Shown here: in pieces, positions 9,387 through 18,784 of the stretch
Layout of the letters: every line of letters starts with the position of its first letter
How positions within the stretch are numbered: position 1 is the first letter of the stretch
Assembly (NCBI GenBank): GCA_963666205.1
Contig: OY762654.1
Span: 2,368,001 to 2,432,000, forward strand
Direction of reading: 5' to 3'
Source: Synergistales bacterium
GTDB taxonomy: Bacteria; Synergistota; Synergistia; Synergistales; JAFGMB01
DNA length: 64,000 nucleotides
Made by a program: the position numbers and the translations under genes
The notes under the pieces: generated by a model
Database searches by the model: none
Told to the model about the DNA's origin: nothing
What the model saw: the letters and a program-made list of their open reading frames with translations, nothing else

Positions 9387-9814
9387 AATGCCGGATTCTG
9401 AGCAATGAAATCGCAAGCACTGTAAATGACAAGACCGGATCTTTCCTGTGATTTTCCCATCGCTAACATTTGGGAGCTTGTGGTGGAAATCACCCCTATC
9501 TCGTTTTTTCAGTGAAGATATTTCAGCCCCTTTGGTTGATTCCCCATGCAGATCTCTCAATGAGACAGAATTGATTTTTATATAAGTGGTATAATTTACT
9601 ACAAAGAATCGGTATTTAGTCAGAGTTTTACCTAGGGACTTGTGGTCTCTGTTTTTTATCCATGTTCTGTCCAATCTTAAAGATCGTTCCCGACTCTTTA
9701 CTCATCCTCCAGGGACTGCAGGATTCCTGCTATTAACTGGAATTCCACTTGTATTGAGGATGACTTTTAAAGACCGCTCATGCAGCGGAAATTAAAGAAA
9801 AAGGGGTTGAGTGA

Positions 9815-10957
9815 ATGAATATTCTGGCCAGAGAAGAATTAAGATCTCTTATGGATGCTCAGAAAGGTCCCTGTGCATCTGTGTACATTTCATTTCCCCC
9901 TTCGGGGGAACCTTCCCGCCAGGCTCGCATAAAATTAAAAAATGCAATTCGAGAGCTGGAGACTCTTCTGGAAAAAAGTGGTATTGAAAAGAAAGATGAG
10001 ATATCCTTTATTGAACCTTTGCAGGGACTGTTAATGGATATCCCGTTCTGGAAGAGCCTTAATATGGCTCTCGCGATCTTTCTTTCCATGGATGATATGC
10101 GATTTTTCTGGCTCCCGGCAGGAGTGAAGGATCTTGTAATCCTTTCGGAAAGATTCCATATAAAACCACTGATCCAGTTTTTCAGCGGAGAAGAACAGTA
10201 TTATCTTCTTGCACTAAGTCAGAAGAAGGTAAGGTTGTTCACTGGATCCAGGTATTTGCTTGATCCCATGGCAATACCTGACCTCCCGGGGGGATTGAAG
10301 GATGTTCTGAAATATGAAGAGAGAGAGAGAACACTTCAGAGAACTCACGGATCTCCAGGCGGAAAGGGGGGGCTTTCTCCTGTACATGGGGCTGGATATG
10401 AACTCAACAAGGATGATATCCTCAAATATTTTAAAATAGTTGATAAATCCATTCTTGATATACTGGAAGGGAAAAAGGCACCCCTCCTTATAGCAGCAGT
10501 CGAACCGGAAATTTCTCTCTATAAAAGGATAACAGCTTATCCAGTAGTTGTGGAAGAAGGGATTTCAGGTAACCCTGATATTCTATCCGCCCATGAACTT
10601 CACCTCAGGTCTATGGAAATAATGGATCCTTATTTTAGAGAAAGAGAAGAAAAAGCTATAAGTGAATATAACGATAAGATTGCTTCCGGCCGGACTTCGG
10701 GAGACCTGAAAAAGCTTATCTCTATGGCACATGAAGGAAGAATCCAGTCTTTCTTTGTAGCAAGAGATTGCCGACAGTGGGGAAATTATAATCCTTCAAA
10801 TGGCCAAATGGAGATCCACAATGAGAAAATGGTGGAAGATCAGGATCTGCTTGATCTTGCCGCATATCATACTATTCTGACTGGAGGGACAGTATATGTG
10901 ATCGATCCCGAAAGGATTCCGGGAGGAGGGCTGGCCTCTGCCATTTTCAGGTACTAG
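9815..10957 (+). CDS. Bacterial archaeo-eukaryotic release factor (baeRF)-like protein
   Basis: 380 aa: GPCASVYI...IKLKNAIRE, RFHIKPL, YYLLALSQKKVRLF, PLLIAAV, GNPD, AHEGRIQSFFV, DLLDLAAYHTILTGGTVYV, AIFRY. This resembles the eRF1/pelota-like baeRF families. Confidence 0.8.
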   Translation: MNILAREELRSLMDAQKGPCASVYISFPPSGEPSRQARIKLKNAIRELETLLEKSGIEKKDEISFIEPLQGLLMDIPFWKSLNMALAIFLSMDDMRFFWLPAGVKDLVILSERFHIKPLIQFFSGEEQYYLLALSQKKVRLFTGSRYLLDPMAIPDLPGGLKDVLKYEERERTLQRTHGSPGGKGGLSPVHGAGYELNKDDILKYFKIVDKSILDILEGKKAPLLIAAVEPEISLYKRITAYPVVVEEGISGNPDILSAHELHLRSMEIMDPYFREREEKAISEYNDKIASGRTSGDLKKLISMAHEGRIQSFFVARDCRQWGNYNPSNGQMEIHNEKMVEDQDLLDLAAYHTILTGGTVYVIDPERIPGGGLASAIFRY

Positions 10958-11021
10958 ATATTTTGTCCCGCGCTAATGGAGGGAGAGGGGTGTTTGGGAA
11001 GTTATGCCAGAAGGTCTGTAA

Positions 11022-11960
11022 TTATACCTTCCAGCATCCTACCATCCTTCCCTTCTCCTCCTTAATGGGCGGGAAGGATAGACACTGGTCATCAGAGAGG
11101 GGGCACCTGCTTCTAAAGGGGCAGCCCCTTTCTTCTGTCTGAATGGTTCTGTCCTTCGCTAGTAATTTTAATTTTTCTCCAAGTTTGGGAAGCGCGGAGT
11201 AAAGAGCTTTTGTGTAGGGGTGGACTGGATCTGCAAGGATTTTAGAGCTGTTTCCATACTCGCACACCATTCCCCCATATAGCACCATGGTCCTCCCTGC
11301 TGCAGCTCTTGCCAGAAGAAGGTCATGGGTTACAAAGATAAGGGACATGCCAGTTGCAACCCTTCTATTCAGGATTTCAATTATTTCTCCCCTTGTAGAA
11401 GCATCCTGCATGCTTGTTGGCTCGTCTGCCAGAAGAAGGGTTGGGTGCAGTATCAGGGCTCTTGCGACGGATACTCTCTGTCTCTGGCCTCCTGAAAGCC
11501 CGGATCTGATACGGGCTTTCGATATTCTTCCCTCTCCAAGGCCAAGTTCTTTCAGAAGTTGCGAGGCTTTTTCTATGGCTTCTCCCTTTCTATTTTTCCC
11601 ATTGACCAGAATGAATGGTTCAGTAACTGCATCCAGTACATCCATAGTTGGAGGAAGACAGCCATAAGGGTCCTGGGGTATGAATCCACAGCGTCTTCTC
11701 AAGCTTACCAGGGTGGAGGTAGGGCATTGCCCCAGGTTTTCTCCAAGTAGATATATTTCCCCGGAGTCAAGGGGAAGAAGCCCCAGTACTGCCCTTAGAA
11801 GAGTAGTCTTTCCACTGCCGGATTCTCCAACTATAGCAAGGCTTTTCCCGTATCCTAAATTAAAGGATACCTGCCTGAGGGCCTGTACGAATGTTCCACC
11901 TCGGGATGAAAATGAAAGATCTGCCCTTTCTACCTTCAGCAATGTTTCAATGGAATTCAA
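11022..11960 (-). CDS. Peptide/nickel ABC transporter ATP-binding protein (OppF/DppF-like)
   Basis: GESGSGKT, LSGGQRQR, LLADEPT, HPYT and a C-terminal Cys motif CPFRSRC..C..C. Confidence 0.92.
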   Translation of the reverse strand: MNSIETLLKVERADLSFSSRGGTFVQALRQVSFNLGYGKSLAIVGESGSGKTTLLRAVLGLLPLDSGEIYLLGENLGQCPTSTLVSLRRRCGFIPQDPYGCLPPTMDVLDAVTEPFILVNGKNRKGEAIEKASQLLKELGLGEGRISKARIRSGLSGGQRQRVSVARALILHPTLLLADEPTSMQDASTRGEIIEILNRRVATGMSLIFVTHDLLLARAAAGRTMVLYGGMVCEYGNSSKILADPVHPYTKALYSALPKLGEKLKLLAKDRTIQTEERGCPFRSRCPLSDDQCLSFPPIKEEKGRMVGCWKV

Positions 11961-12742
11961 TCTGGATTTCCTCCTTCAAGGACTTTAAGGGCTGAGATAA
12001 GCTCCCTGGTATGAACATGACGGGGATTTTCCAGAATTTCTTCTGTGGAGCCCTGTTCTACTATCAGACCGCTCTTCATAACGGAGATATGATCTGCCAC
12101 AGATGTTGCTAGTGGAAGATCATGGGTGACAAGGAGCATTCCCATTCCTGTATCTGTTACTATCTTTGAAAGTGTGGAGACTATTTCTCCCTGGGTTATA
12201 ACGTCCAGAGCGGTTGTGGGTTCATCAGCAAGGAGAAAATCCGGATCGCAGGCAAGAGCCATTGCTATGGATGCTCTCTGCTTCTGACCCCCGGAAAGTT
12301 CATGTGGGTACCGTCCTGCCACAGAAGAGGGTAACCCGGATTTATCCAGTAGCTCTGCAGTTTTCCTTTCTGCAGTAAGTCCTTTGATCCCATTGTGGAA
12401 TGAAAGGATTTCCCTGATCTGCTGTCCAACCGAGAGAACTGGTGTAAGAGAGTTCATGGCACCCTGGGGTATAAGGGCAATTCGCTCCCAGCGTATCCTG
12501 TTCAACTGTGATTCGGAAATATGTAGGATGTCTTCCCCGTGAAAAATGATCTTTCCCCTTACCAGGGTTTCAGAAGGAAGAAGGGAAAGGATAGCCATCA
12601 GGAGTGTGCTTTTCCCGCTTCCTGATTCACCGACTAATGCGGCAATGGTTCCCTTTTCAATTGTGAGAGATGCATTGATAACGGCTTCTACATCAGAAAG
12701 GGTATTTCGATATGAAACATAGAGATGTGAGATCCTGATCAT
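11957..12742 (-). CDS. Peptide/nickel ABC transporter ATP-binding protein (OppD/DppD-like)
   Basis: GESGSGKS, YPHELSGGQKQR, ADEPTTALD. Confidence 0.92.
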   Translation of the reverse strand: MIRISHLYVSYRNTLSDVEAVINASLTIEKGTIAALVGESGSGKSTLLMAILSLLPSETLVRGKIIFHGEDILHISESQLNRIRWERIALIPQGAMNSLTPVLSVGQQIREILSFHNGIKGLTAERKTAELLDKSGLPSSVAGRYPHELSGGQKQRASIAMALACDPDFLLADEPTTALDVITQGEIVSTLSKIVTDTGMGMLLVTHDLPLATSVADHISVMKSGLIVEQGSTEEILENPRHVHTRELISALKVLEGGNPD

Positions 12743-13935
12743 TTATCATTGCCTCCCTTCAACCTCGGATCGACCATTTCTTCAAGAAACTTTCCGATAT
12801 CGAGAAAGATAAGGCATAAAAAGGTTATTCCAAGACCTGGAGGGAGCAGCAGCCACCATGCACCGGTAGTGAATGCTCCGAAGGAATGAGCTTCGTGAAG
12901 CATTCGACCCCACGATATCACCCTTGGATCTGAGAGTCCCAGGAAAGATATTCCTGCTTCAGCGAGAATCGCTCCGGGAACACCCAGGGCGATATTTGCC
13001 AACAGCAGCGGCAGTGTTTCGGGGAGAAGGTGTCTCGCAAGAATGTATGTAGTACCTGCACCGAGAGCCCTGAGGTTTTCAATAAAGCAGGCATCCCTCA
13101 GAGTAAGAGTCAGGGATCGTACGGTACGGGCCGTTCCCATCCAGGAAAAAAGGGAAAGAATAAGTACCAGCTGCCATAGGCCCTTTCCCCAGATACCTGC
13201 CAGTGCCATTAGAATGGGAAGGATAGGAATTGATAGAAGCACATCCACGCTCCTCATTATGACAGAGTCGGTCAGCCCGCCTGCATATCCGCTAAGCAGA
13301 CCCATTGAAAGACCTATCATACTGGCAATCAGGGTGGCGCTTATTCCAACTATAAGGGAAACCCTTATTCCCATAACGAAGAGGTACAATACGTTCCTTC
13401 CCCTCTGATCAGTACCGAGGATACCCCATCGACCACCTTCAAGGGTTGTGGTCAGTACAGCTGATGCAACAGGGACATCGCTTTCGATATATAAGGAGTA
13501 TTCTCCCTCGGTCGGTATCAGTCTGTCCATTGCATTATCAAAGGCCGAAAGACCAATGTTCAACTTGAAGGTAATGTCCCTTCCGTCAAGATCTATCAGG
13601 ATATCATAATATCGGGAAAGATCTTCGAGAAGGATCTCTTCACGTGGTGTTCTCCATATGAGTGCGGCCTTGACCGGTGTTCCTTCGAACCTGATCCTGC
13701 CCTTGAGTCGAAACTGCTTTGGCGGATCGCCTTTCCAGTTGAAGGTTTTTGTTGTTTCACCTTCTTTCATTTCAAGAATTCTTGTAAGAGGTGCATCCCG
13801 GTCGAGCCACTCAGGTTTTGAAAAAGGAGGCGCCATAGGTTTTTCAGGTTCAGTTCCAAAAAAAAACGGTCCTGCAATCGCAGTAAGGATAGTGAGAAAG
13901 AGGGCAATAAAACTCCATCGTTTCCAGGATCTCAA
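12739..13935 (-). CDS. Peptide/nickel ABC transporter permease (OppC/DppC-like) with large extracytoplasmic insertion
   Basis: LGTDQRGRN, RVSLIVG, EAGISFLGL, SWGRML, WWLLLPPG; roughly 140 aa soluble insert after TM1. Confidence 0.9.
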   Translation of the reverse strand: MRSWKRWSFIALFLTILTAIAGPFFFGTEPEKPMAPPFSKPEWLDRDAPLTRILEMKEGETTKTFNWKGDPPKQFRLKGRIRFEGTPVKAALIWRTPREEILLEDLSRYYDILIDLDGRDITFKLNIGLSAFDNAMDRLIPTEGEYSLYIESDVPVASAVLTTTLEGGRWGILGTDQRGRNVLYLFVMGIRVSLIVGISATLIASMIGLSMGLLSGYAGGLTDSVIMRSVDVLLSIPILPILMALAGIWGKGLWQLVLILSLFSWMGTARTVRSLTLTLRDACFIENLRALGAGTTYILARHLLPETLPLLLANIALGVPGAILAEAGISFLGLSDPRVISWGRMLHEAHSFGAFTTGAWWLLLPPGLGITFLCLIFLDIGKFLEEMVDPRLKGGNDK

Positions 13936-14909
13936 CGTCTGCCCCTCCTTTCAAACCTTACCCTTGGGTCTACAAGACCGTAGGCTAAATCAGCGATAAG
14001 ATTGCTCGTTATTGTAAGCAGGGCCAGCAGATAGAATGCTGCTCCTGCGGCAGGGTAGTCATGACCGGTCACAGATTCCAGCAGAAATCGACCTACTCCA
14101 TGAAGTGAGAAGACAGTTTCAGTGATAACTGCCCCCGAAACGATACCTGGAAGGGCAAGTAAAAAAATTGTTATTACAGGAGGCAGTATGGTTCTGAAAG
14201 CATGTCCCCAGATTATCTTGTGTGAAGGCAAGCCCTTGGCTTTTGCCATAAGAATAAAATCTTCCCCCAATACTTTAACCATAAGATTCCTTACATATAG
14301 AGCCCATCCGCCAAAGCCAAGAAGGACCAGTGAGATGACGGGCAGGCACATGTGCCATATGTAATCCACTGCGGCAGCCATGGCTCCTGCAGGGGGAGGT
14401 ATGGAAATACTCCCCCGTAAAGGGAAAATAGGGAACAGATAACCAAAGCACATCAGAAGTATCAATTGAACAAAAAAAGAGGGGAAGGAAAAGGAAACAG
14501 CTCCTCCCCATAATACTATTTTTTCGATAGCCGAATCCCTGTGCAGGGCAGCCTTTATTCCAAGAAGGGTGCCGATAATGGCTGAAAGGATGAGAGCGGA
14601 GCCTAGAAGGGCTACTGTATTGGGTATTCTGGAAGAAAGTTCTTCCCATATAGGCCTCTGAGTTGAAAAGGAGATCCCGAATCTGAAGGTGACCATCTGT
14701 TTAGCATATAGAATGAACTGGCGGGACAGGGAGAGATCAAGTCCGTAGATCTTTCTGAGCTGTTCCTTTGCTTCGGGAGAAAAACGTGGATCAATAATGC
14801 TTGAAACAGGGTCTCCCGGCATCATCCTGAAGAGAAGGAAGTTGAGTATAAGGACTACCCCCAGAACAAGAAATGCGCTTGCTATCCGTTTTATCCAGTA
14901 ATTTTTCAT
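13932..14909 (-). CDS. Peptide/nickel ABC transporter permease (OppB/DppB-like)
   Basis: MPGDPV, YGLD, AKAKGL, HAFR, ITETVFS, LVDPRVR. Confidence 0.92.
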   Translation of the reverse strand: MKNYWIKRIASAFLVLGVVLILNFLLFRMMPGDPVSSIIDPRFSPEAKEQLRKIYGLDLSLSRQFILYAKQMVTFRFGISFSTQRPIWEELSSRIPNTVALLGSALILSAIIGTLLGIKAALHRDSAIEKIVLWGGAVSFSFPSFFVQLILLMCFGYLFPIFPLRGSISIPPPAGAMAAAVDYIWHMCLPVISLVLLGFGGWALYVRNLMVKVLGEDFILMAKAKGLPSHKIIWGHAFRTILPPVITIFLLALPGIVSGAVITETVFSLHGVGRFLLESVTGHDYPAAGAAFYLLALLTITSNLIADLAYGLVDPRVRFERRGRR

Positions 14910-14961
14910 TATTTAAGGTGTCCTTTTTCAGATAAGATCAGTATTTAGTGAAATGTTTTTC

Positions 14962-16641
14962 TCATTGTTCAAGAAGCCAGAACTTTTCATTTCTTGTGAA
15001 CCTCACATATTCTCCGATCCTGTATTCCCTGAAAATGAAGGGTCCGGTTCCGACCAGCTGGGTCATAGTTTTATCGACCGGATTCTCAAGTTTCGAAGGC
15101 TGCCAGTTCTGCCAGTCCTTCACATTACGGATTATATGTTCAGGTAAGATTGGAAGTCCTCCAATGTTGTGAAGATACCAGTAACTTACTCCCTTCATGG
15201 TTATTTCAATAGTGTAGTTATCGGGGGTGGCAATTTCCAGTACATCTCTGACATTATCAAGGTAACGGGGGATCATGTTATCTTTGAGGAAGAGGATCGT
15301 CGCCTTCACATCTTCCGATGTGAAGGGTTTGCCATCCTGCCAGACCACATCTTTTCTCAAACGGAAATACAGTCTGGTTTTTTCCCCGTCACTCCTGGTG
15401 ACAGTTTCGATCTTCCATTCCTCTGCAAGCCAGGGTATATCTTCGAGAGTGAAGGGATCTACGGCAAGAAGTCCATCATAAATTGTACCCATGACCTGCC
15501 AGTCATAGGCAGAACCTGCCGAGAATGGATTAAGAGATCTTGGTTCATCTGACAGACACCAGTGAAGGGGAACCATCTCTCCTGCAACTGGCTCCATAGA
15601 TAGAAGAGACCATGTGTTATCTGCAGTGCTTACTCTGCTTTTTATGAGATTCTTCCATTTTCGGTTTACAGAAGCAATGGAATAACGGGAATAGATAGGA
15701 ATTGCCGGAAGCTTTTCATCCAGAAGTTTCTGGCTCAGGGAAGAAGCTTCCCGGGCAGTTATTTCATCGGGAGCCCAGCGAAGTCTTTCCAGTGCCTTGT
15801 CCAGCTCTGGATCGTTGATACCTGGAATATTATATCCGCCTTTAATATTCATGGAACTGTGATAGAAGGCAAAAAGGGAATCAGGGTCTCTTGTCATTGA
15901 CCATGCAAGAACGTAGGTGTCAAAATCATGTTCATTAAGGCGGGATATCATGGTGGCAAAATCCATGGGATCAAGTTCGAGAGGAATACCTATATCATTG
16001 AGCGATTCTACTGATCTGGAAGCCAGTTCTGCGGTTGTAGGTGCGACCTGGGCGGTAGGTGATAATAGTTTCATCTTTTCAAGTGGTTTTTCTGATCCGG
16101 GCGGAATGAGAATTCCCTCATCGTCCCATTTCCAGCCGGCATTTTTAAGGATATCTCTGGCTTTTTCCGGATCGAATCCGGAAAAAGGAATGTCTTTTTC
16201 AATATAGGGTGAAGCAGGAGGAAGAAAGGTGGAGAGGGGGGCTGCATATCCGGAGAAGAGGTCCCTTACTATCTTTTCTCTTGGTATGGCAAGCCATGCA
16301 GCCTTGCGAAGTTCCTCAATGTCCCAGGGTGATCTTCGAAGGTTAAAGCCCAGGAAAAATCCGTGAAAGGCCTGGGCAAGAGAGAGGTCTAGATCAGGGT
16401 TTCTGGATAACCTGTCAACATCAACCGGCCTGATGATATCACCGAGAATATCTATATCTCCCTTTTCTGCGGCGAGAACCTGTGCATCGGGGTCTCTTAT
16501 AATGACCATGTAGAGTTCCCGAACCTTTGGTCCGGTTATTTTTCGGGGAGACAAGACGTCCTCTCCTGTACAGTAACTTCCTGGAAAGAAGAATAACAGA
16601 AGCGCCATGAGGATTATGTATTTTCCCAAGAACTGTTTCAT
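14962..16641 (-). CDS. Family 5 ABC substrate-binding protein (OppA/DppA-like), circularly permuted
   Basis: Signal peptide; SBP_bac_5 motifs present but with the halves swapped (EPRSLNP, WQDGKPFTSEDV and GTGPF lie at the C-terminus). Confidence 0.88.
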   Translation of the reverse strand: MKQFLGKYIILMALLLFFFPGSYCTGEDVLSPRKITGPKVRELYMVIIRDPDAQVLAAEKGDIDILGDIIRPVDVDRLSRNPDLDLSLAQAFHGFFLGFNLRRSPWDIEELRKAAWLAIPREKIVRDLFSGYAAPLSTFLPPASPYIEKDIPFSGFDPEKARDILKNAGWKWDDEGILIPPGSEKPLEKMKLLSPTAQVAPTTAELASRSVESLNDIGIPLELDPMDFATMISRLNEHDFDTYVLAWSMTRDPDSLFAFYHSSMNIKGGYNIPGINDPELDKALERLRWAPDEITAREASSLSQKLLDEKLPAIPIYSRYSIASVNRKWKNLIKSRVSTADNTWSLLSMEPVAGEMVPLHWCLSDEPRSLNPFSAGSAYDWQVMGTIYDGLLAVDPFTLEDIPWLAEEWKIETVTRSDGEKTRLYFRLRKDVVWQDGKPFTSEDVKATILFLKDNMIPRYLDNVRDVLEIATPDNYTIEITMKGVSYWYLHNIGGLPILPEHIIRNVKDWQNWQPSKLENPVDKTMTQLVGTGPFIFREYRIGEYVRFTRNEKFWLLEQ

Positions 16642-16839
16642 TTTTACCCTCCCTGAAAATGCCGGCTTGTGCTAATGATACCTTACCTTGCCGGTCATTT
16701 GTATTTTTCTATGGACTATTTTGTTTTCTACATGCCATTATTACATATTTATTTCAGGGAAATAATGATATCAGGGTAGCCTGGTATATAATTACTATAA
16801 TAAATAACCCTGAAATAACAAATTAAGGAGTTGGAAGGA

Positions 16840-17241
16840 ATGCCCTGGAAAGAGCTTGAGCATACAGCAGATATGGGACTTGAAATAACGGCACCAACTA
16901 TGGAAGATCTGGTTATTGAATCTGCTGCTGCTCTTTACAGGGTCATGTTCCAGGGGGTATGTCCAGGAGCAATTCTTCAAGAACATGATATATTGATCCG
17001 CGGTAACGATCTTGTTGAGATCATGGTTTCATGGATGAATGAACTTCTCTTTCTTTACGATACAAGGACAGGTATATTTATTATCCGGCAGGTTCATCTT
17101 GAACCTTTGGAAAAAGTGTTACATGTAAAAGGTGCACTTTATGAAGCCCCATATCTTATTACGTATGTTAAGGCAGCTACCTACGGCAGCGTCCTGTTGT
17201 TAACCAGTCCCCCTTTTTTCAGGGTATATCTGGATCTATGA
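16840..17241 (+). CDS. Archease
   Basis: ELEHTADMGLEI, WMNELLFL, VKAATY, VYLDL; AAGGAG RBS 9 nt before the ATG at 16840; overlaps the rtcB start (ATGA). Confidence 0.9.
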   Translation: MPWKELEHTADMGLEITAPTMEDLVIESAAALYRVMFQGVCPGAILQEHDILIRGNDLVEIMVSWMNELLFLYDTRTGIFIIRQVHLEPLEKVLHVKGALYEAPYLITYVKAATYGSVLLLTSPPFFRVYLDL

Positions 17242-18686
17242 AGGTGATGGAAATGAAGGAATTCCTGAAAAGGATCGATGATGTCAGATGGGAGCTCTCC
17301 ATGTCGGCCATGTCCGGTATGAAAGTTCCGGGTATGATCTATGGAGATAACTATATCCTTGAAAACCTTGAAAACGAGAATGCTCTCCAGCAGATAGCCA
17401 ATGTGGCCTGTCTGCCCGGAATAAGCGGATACAGTTTTGCCATGCCAGATGTCCACTGGGGATATGGATTCCCTATAGGAGGAGTGGCTGCCTTTGATCT
17501 TGAAGAAGGCATTATCTCACCTGGCGGGGTTGGATATGATATTTCCTGTGGAGTCAGGCTTATGACGTCTTCCATGGTAGAAAAGGAAGTTAGAGCACAA
17601 CTCGAACTCCTGACTGCAGCACTCTTTGCGAATGTCCCCTGCGGAGTCGGTTCCAGGGGGAAAATAAGACTTTCAGAGAGGGATATGGACATGGTCCTTC
17701 AATGTGGAGCATCCTGGGCAGTCGGAAAAGGTCACGGAACAGAAAATGATCTGCTGCATATCGAAGAAAATGGAGTACTGAGTGGAGCAAACCCGGACGC
17801 AGTTTCCCCTAAGGCAAGAGAAAGGGGTAAAGATCAGCTTGGGACCCTTGGTTCTGGAAATCACTTTCTGGAAGTTCAGGTGGTGGATAAAATATTTGAC
17901 GGGGATACTGCCCGTTCTTTCGGATTATTTGAAGGACAGATAGCTGTCATGATCCACTGCGGGAGCAGGGGGCTGGGACATCAGGTATGCGATGATCATA
18001 TTCGCCTGATGAATTCAGCCATGAACAGGTATGGAATATCTGTTCCAGACAGACAGCTCTGCTGTGTACCCATAAAATCTGAAGAAGGTAAAAGGTACCT
18101 GGAAGCGATGTGGTCTGCTGCCAATTTTGCTCTGGCCAACAGAGAAATAATCGGAAGTCTGGTCGGGGATGTTTTCAGGAGTTTTTTCCCTTCAGATGAG
18201 CTTCACCTTCTCTATGATGTGAGTCATAACATGGCCCATATTGAAGAGTTTCCTTACGGTGAAGGTCGAAAGTCCTTTTGTGTTCACAGAAAAGGTGCTA
18301 CACGTGCTTTGCCGCCGGGACACTCACATTTATCAGGTTCCTTTCAGAAAACGGGTCAGCCTGTCATTATCCCGGGAAGTATGGGAACGGCGAGTTACAT
18401 TCTCCTCGGTACCCTTAAGGCGGAAGAGCAGTGTTTCTCTTCCACATGTCATGGAGCAGGAAGGGTCATGAGTCGCCATGCAGCCAGAAAAAATGTTCGT
18501 GGTGAAGAGATCAGAAAAGAGATGAGCCAGAAGGGTATATACGTCATGGCGGATAGTTACAGAACTCTCTGTGAAGAGATACCCCAGGCATATAAGGATG
18601 TGCATTCCGTTGTTGATGTGGTTTCAAGGGCTGGGATCAGCAGGAAGGTCGCCAGAATGAGGCCCATTGCAGTGATTAAAGGTTAA
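17238..18686 (+). CDS. rtcB: RNA-splicing/repair ligase RtcB
   Basis: MPDVHWGYGFPIG, GVGYDISCG, GTLGSGNHFLE, HRKGAT, PGSMG, HGAGR, AYKDV. Confidence 0.96.
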   Translation: MKVMEMKEFLKRIDDVRWELSMSAMSGMKVPGMIYGDNYILENLENENALQQIANVACLPGISGYSFAMPDVHWGYGFPIGGVAAFDLEEGIISPGGVGYDISCGVRLMTSSMVEKEVRAQLELLTAALFANVPCGVGSRGKIRLSERDMDMVLQCGASWAVGKGHGTENDLLHIEENGVLSGANPDAVSPKARERGKDQLGTLGSGNHFLEVQVVDKIFDGDTARSFGLFEGQIAVMIHCGSRGLGHQVCDDHIRLMNSAMNRYGISVPDRQLCCVPIKSEEGKRYLEAMWSAANFALANREIIGSLVGDVFRSFFPSDELHLLYDVSHNMAHIEEFPYGEGRKSFCVHRKGATRALPPGHSHLSGSFQKTGQPVIIPGSMGTASYILLGTLKAEEQCFSSTCHGAGRVMSRHAARKNVRGEEIRKEMSQKGIYVMADSYRTLCEEIPQAYKDVHSVVDVVSRAGISRKVARMRPIAVIKG

Positions 18687-18784
18687 GGGATCTTTTTGAA
18701 GTGTGATAAAGATCTTTTATTCCCATATTAAGGGTGCTGCCCCTTTCTTCACAGGACAGCACCCCGGTGCAGCCCGCTCCGGTG

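Noticed and set aside
9252-9674. 140-aa minus-strand ORF
   Set aside because: It overlaps the MBL gene end in antisense, has no recognisable motif and no clear RBS.
9690-9770. SAM-I riboswitch (AGGGACTG resembles its core)
   Set aside because: The other conserved elements (ATCxAGAG, GCAACC, GTGCxAA) are missing. Kept only as an unassigned structure.
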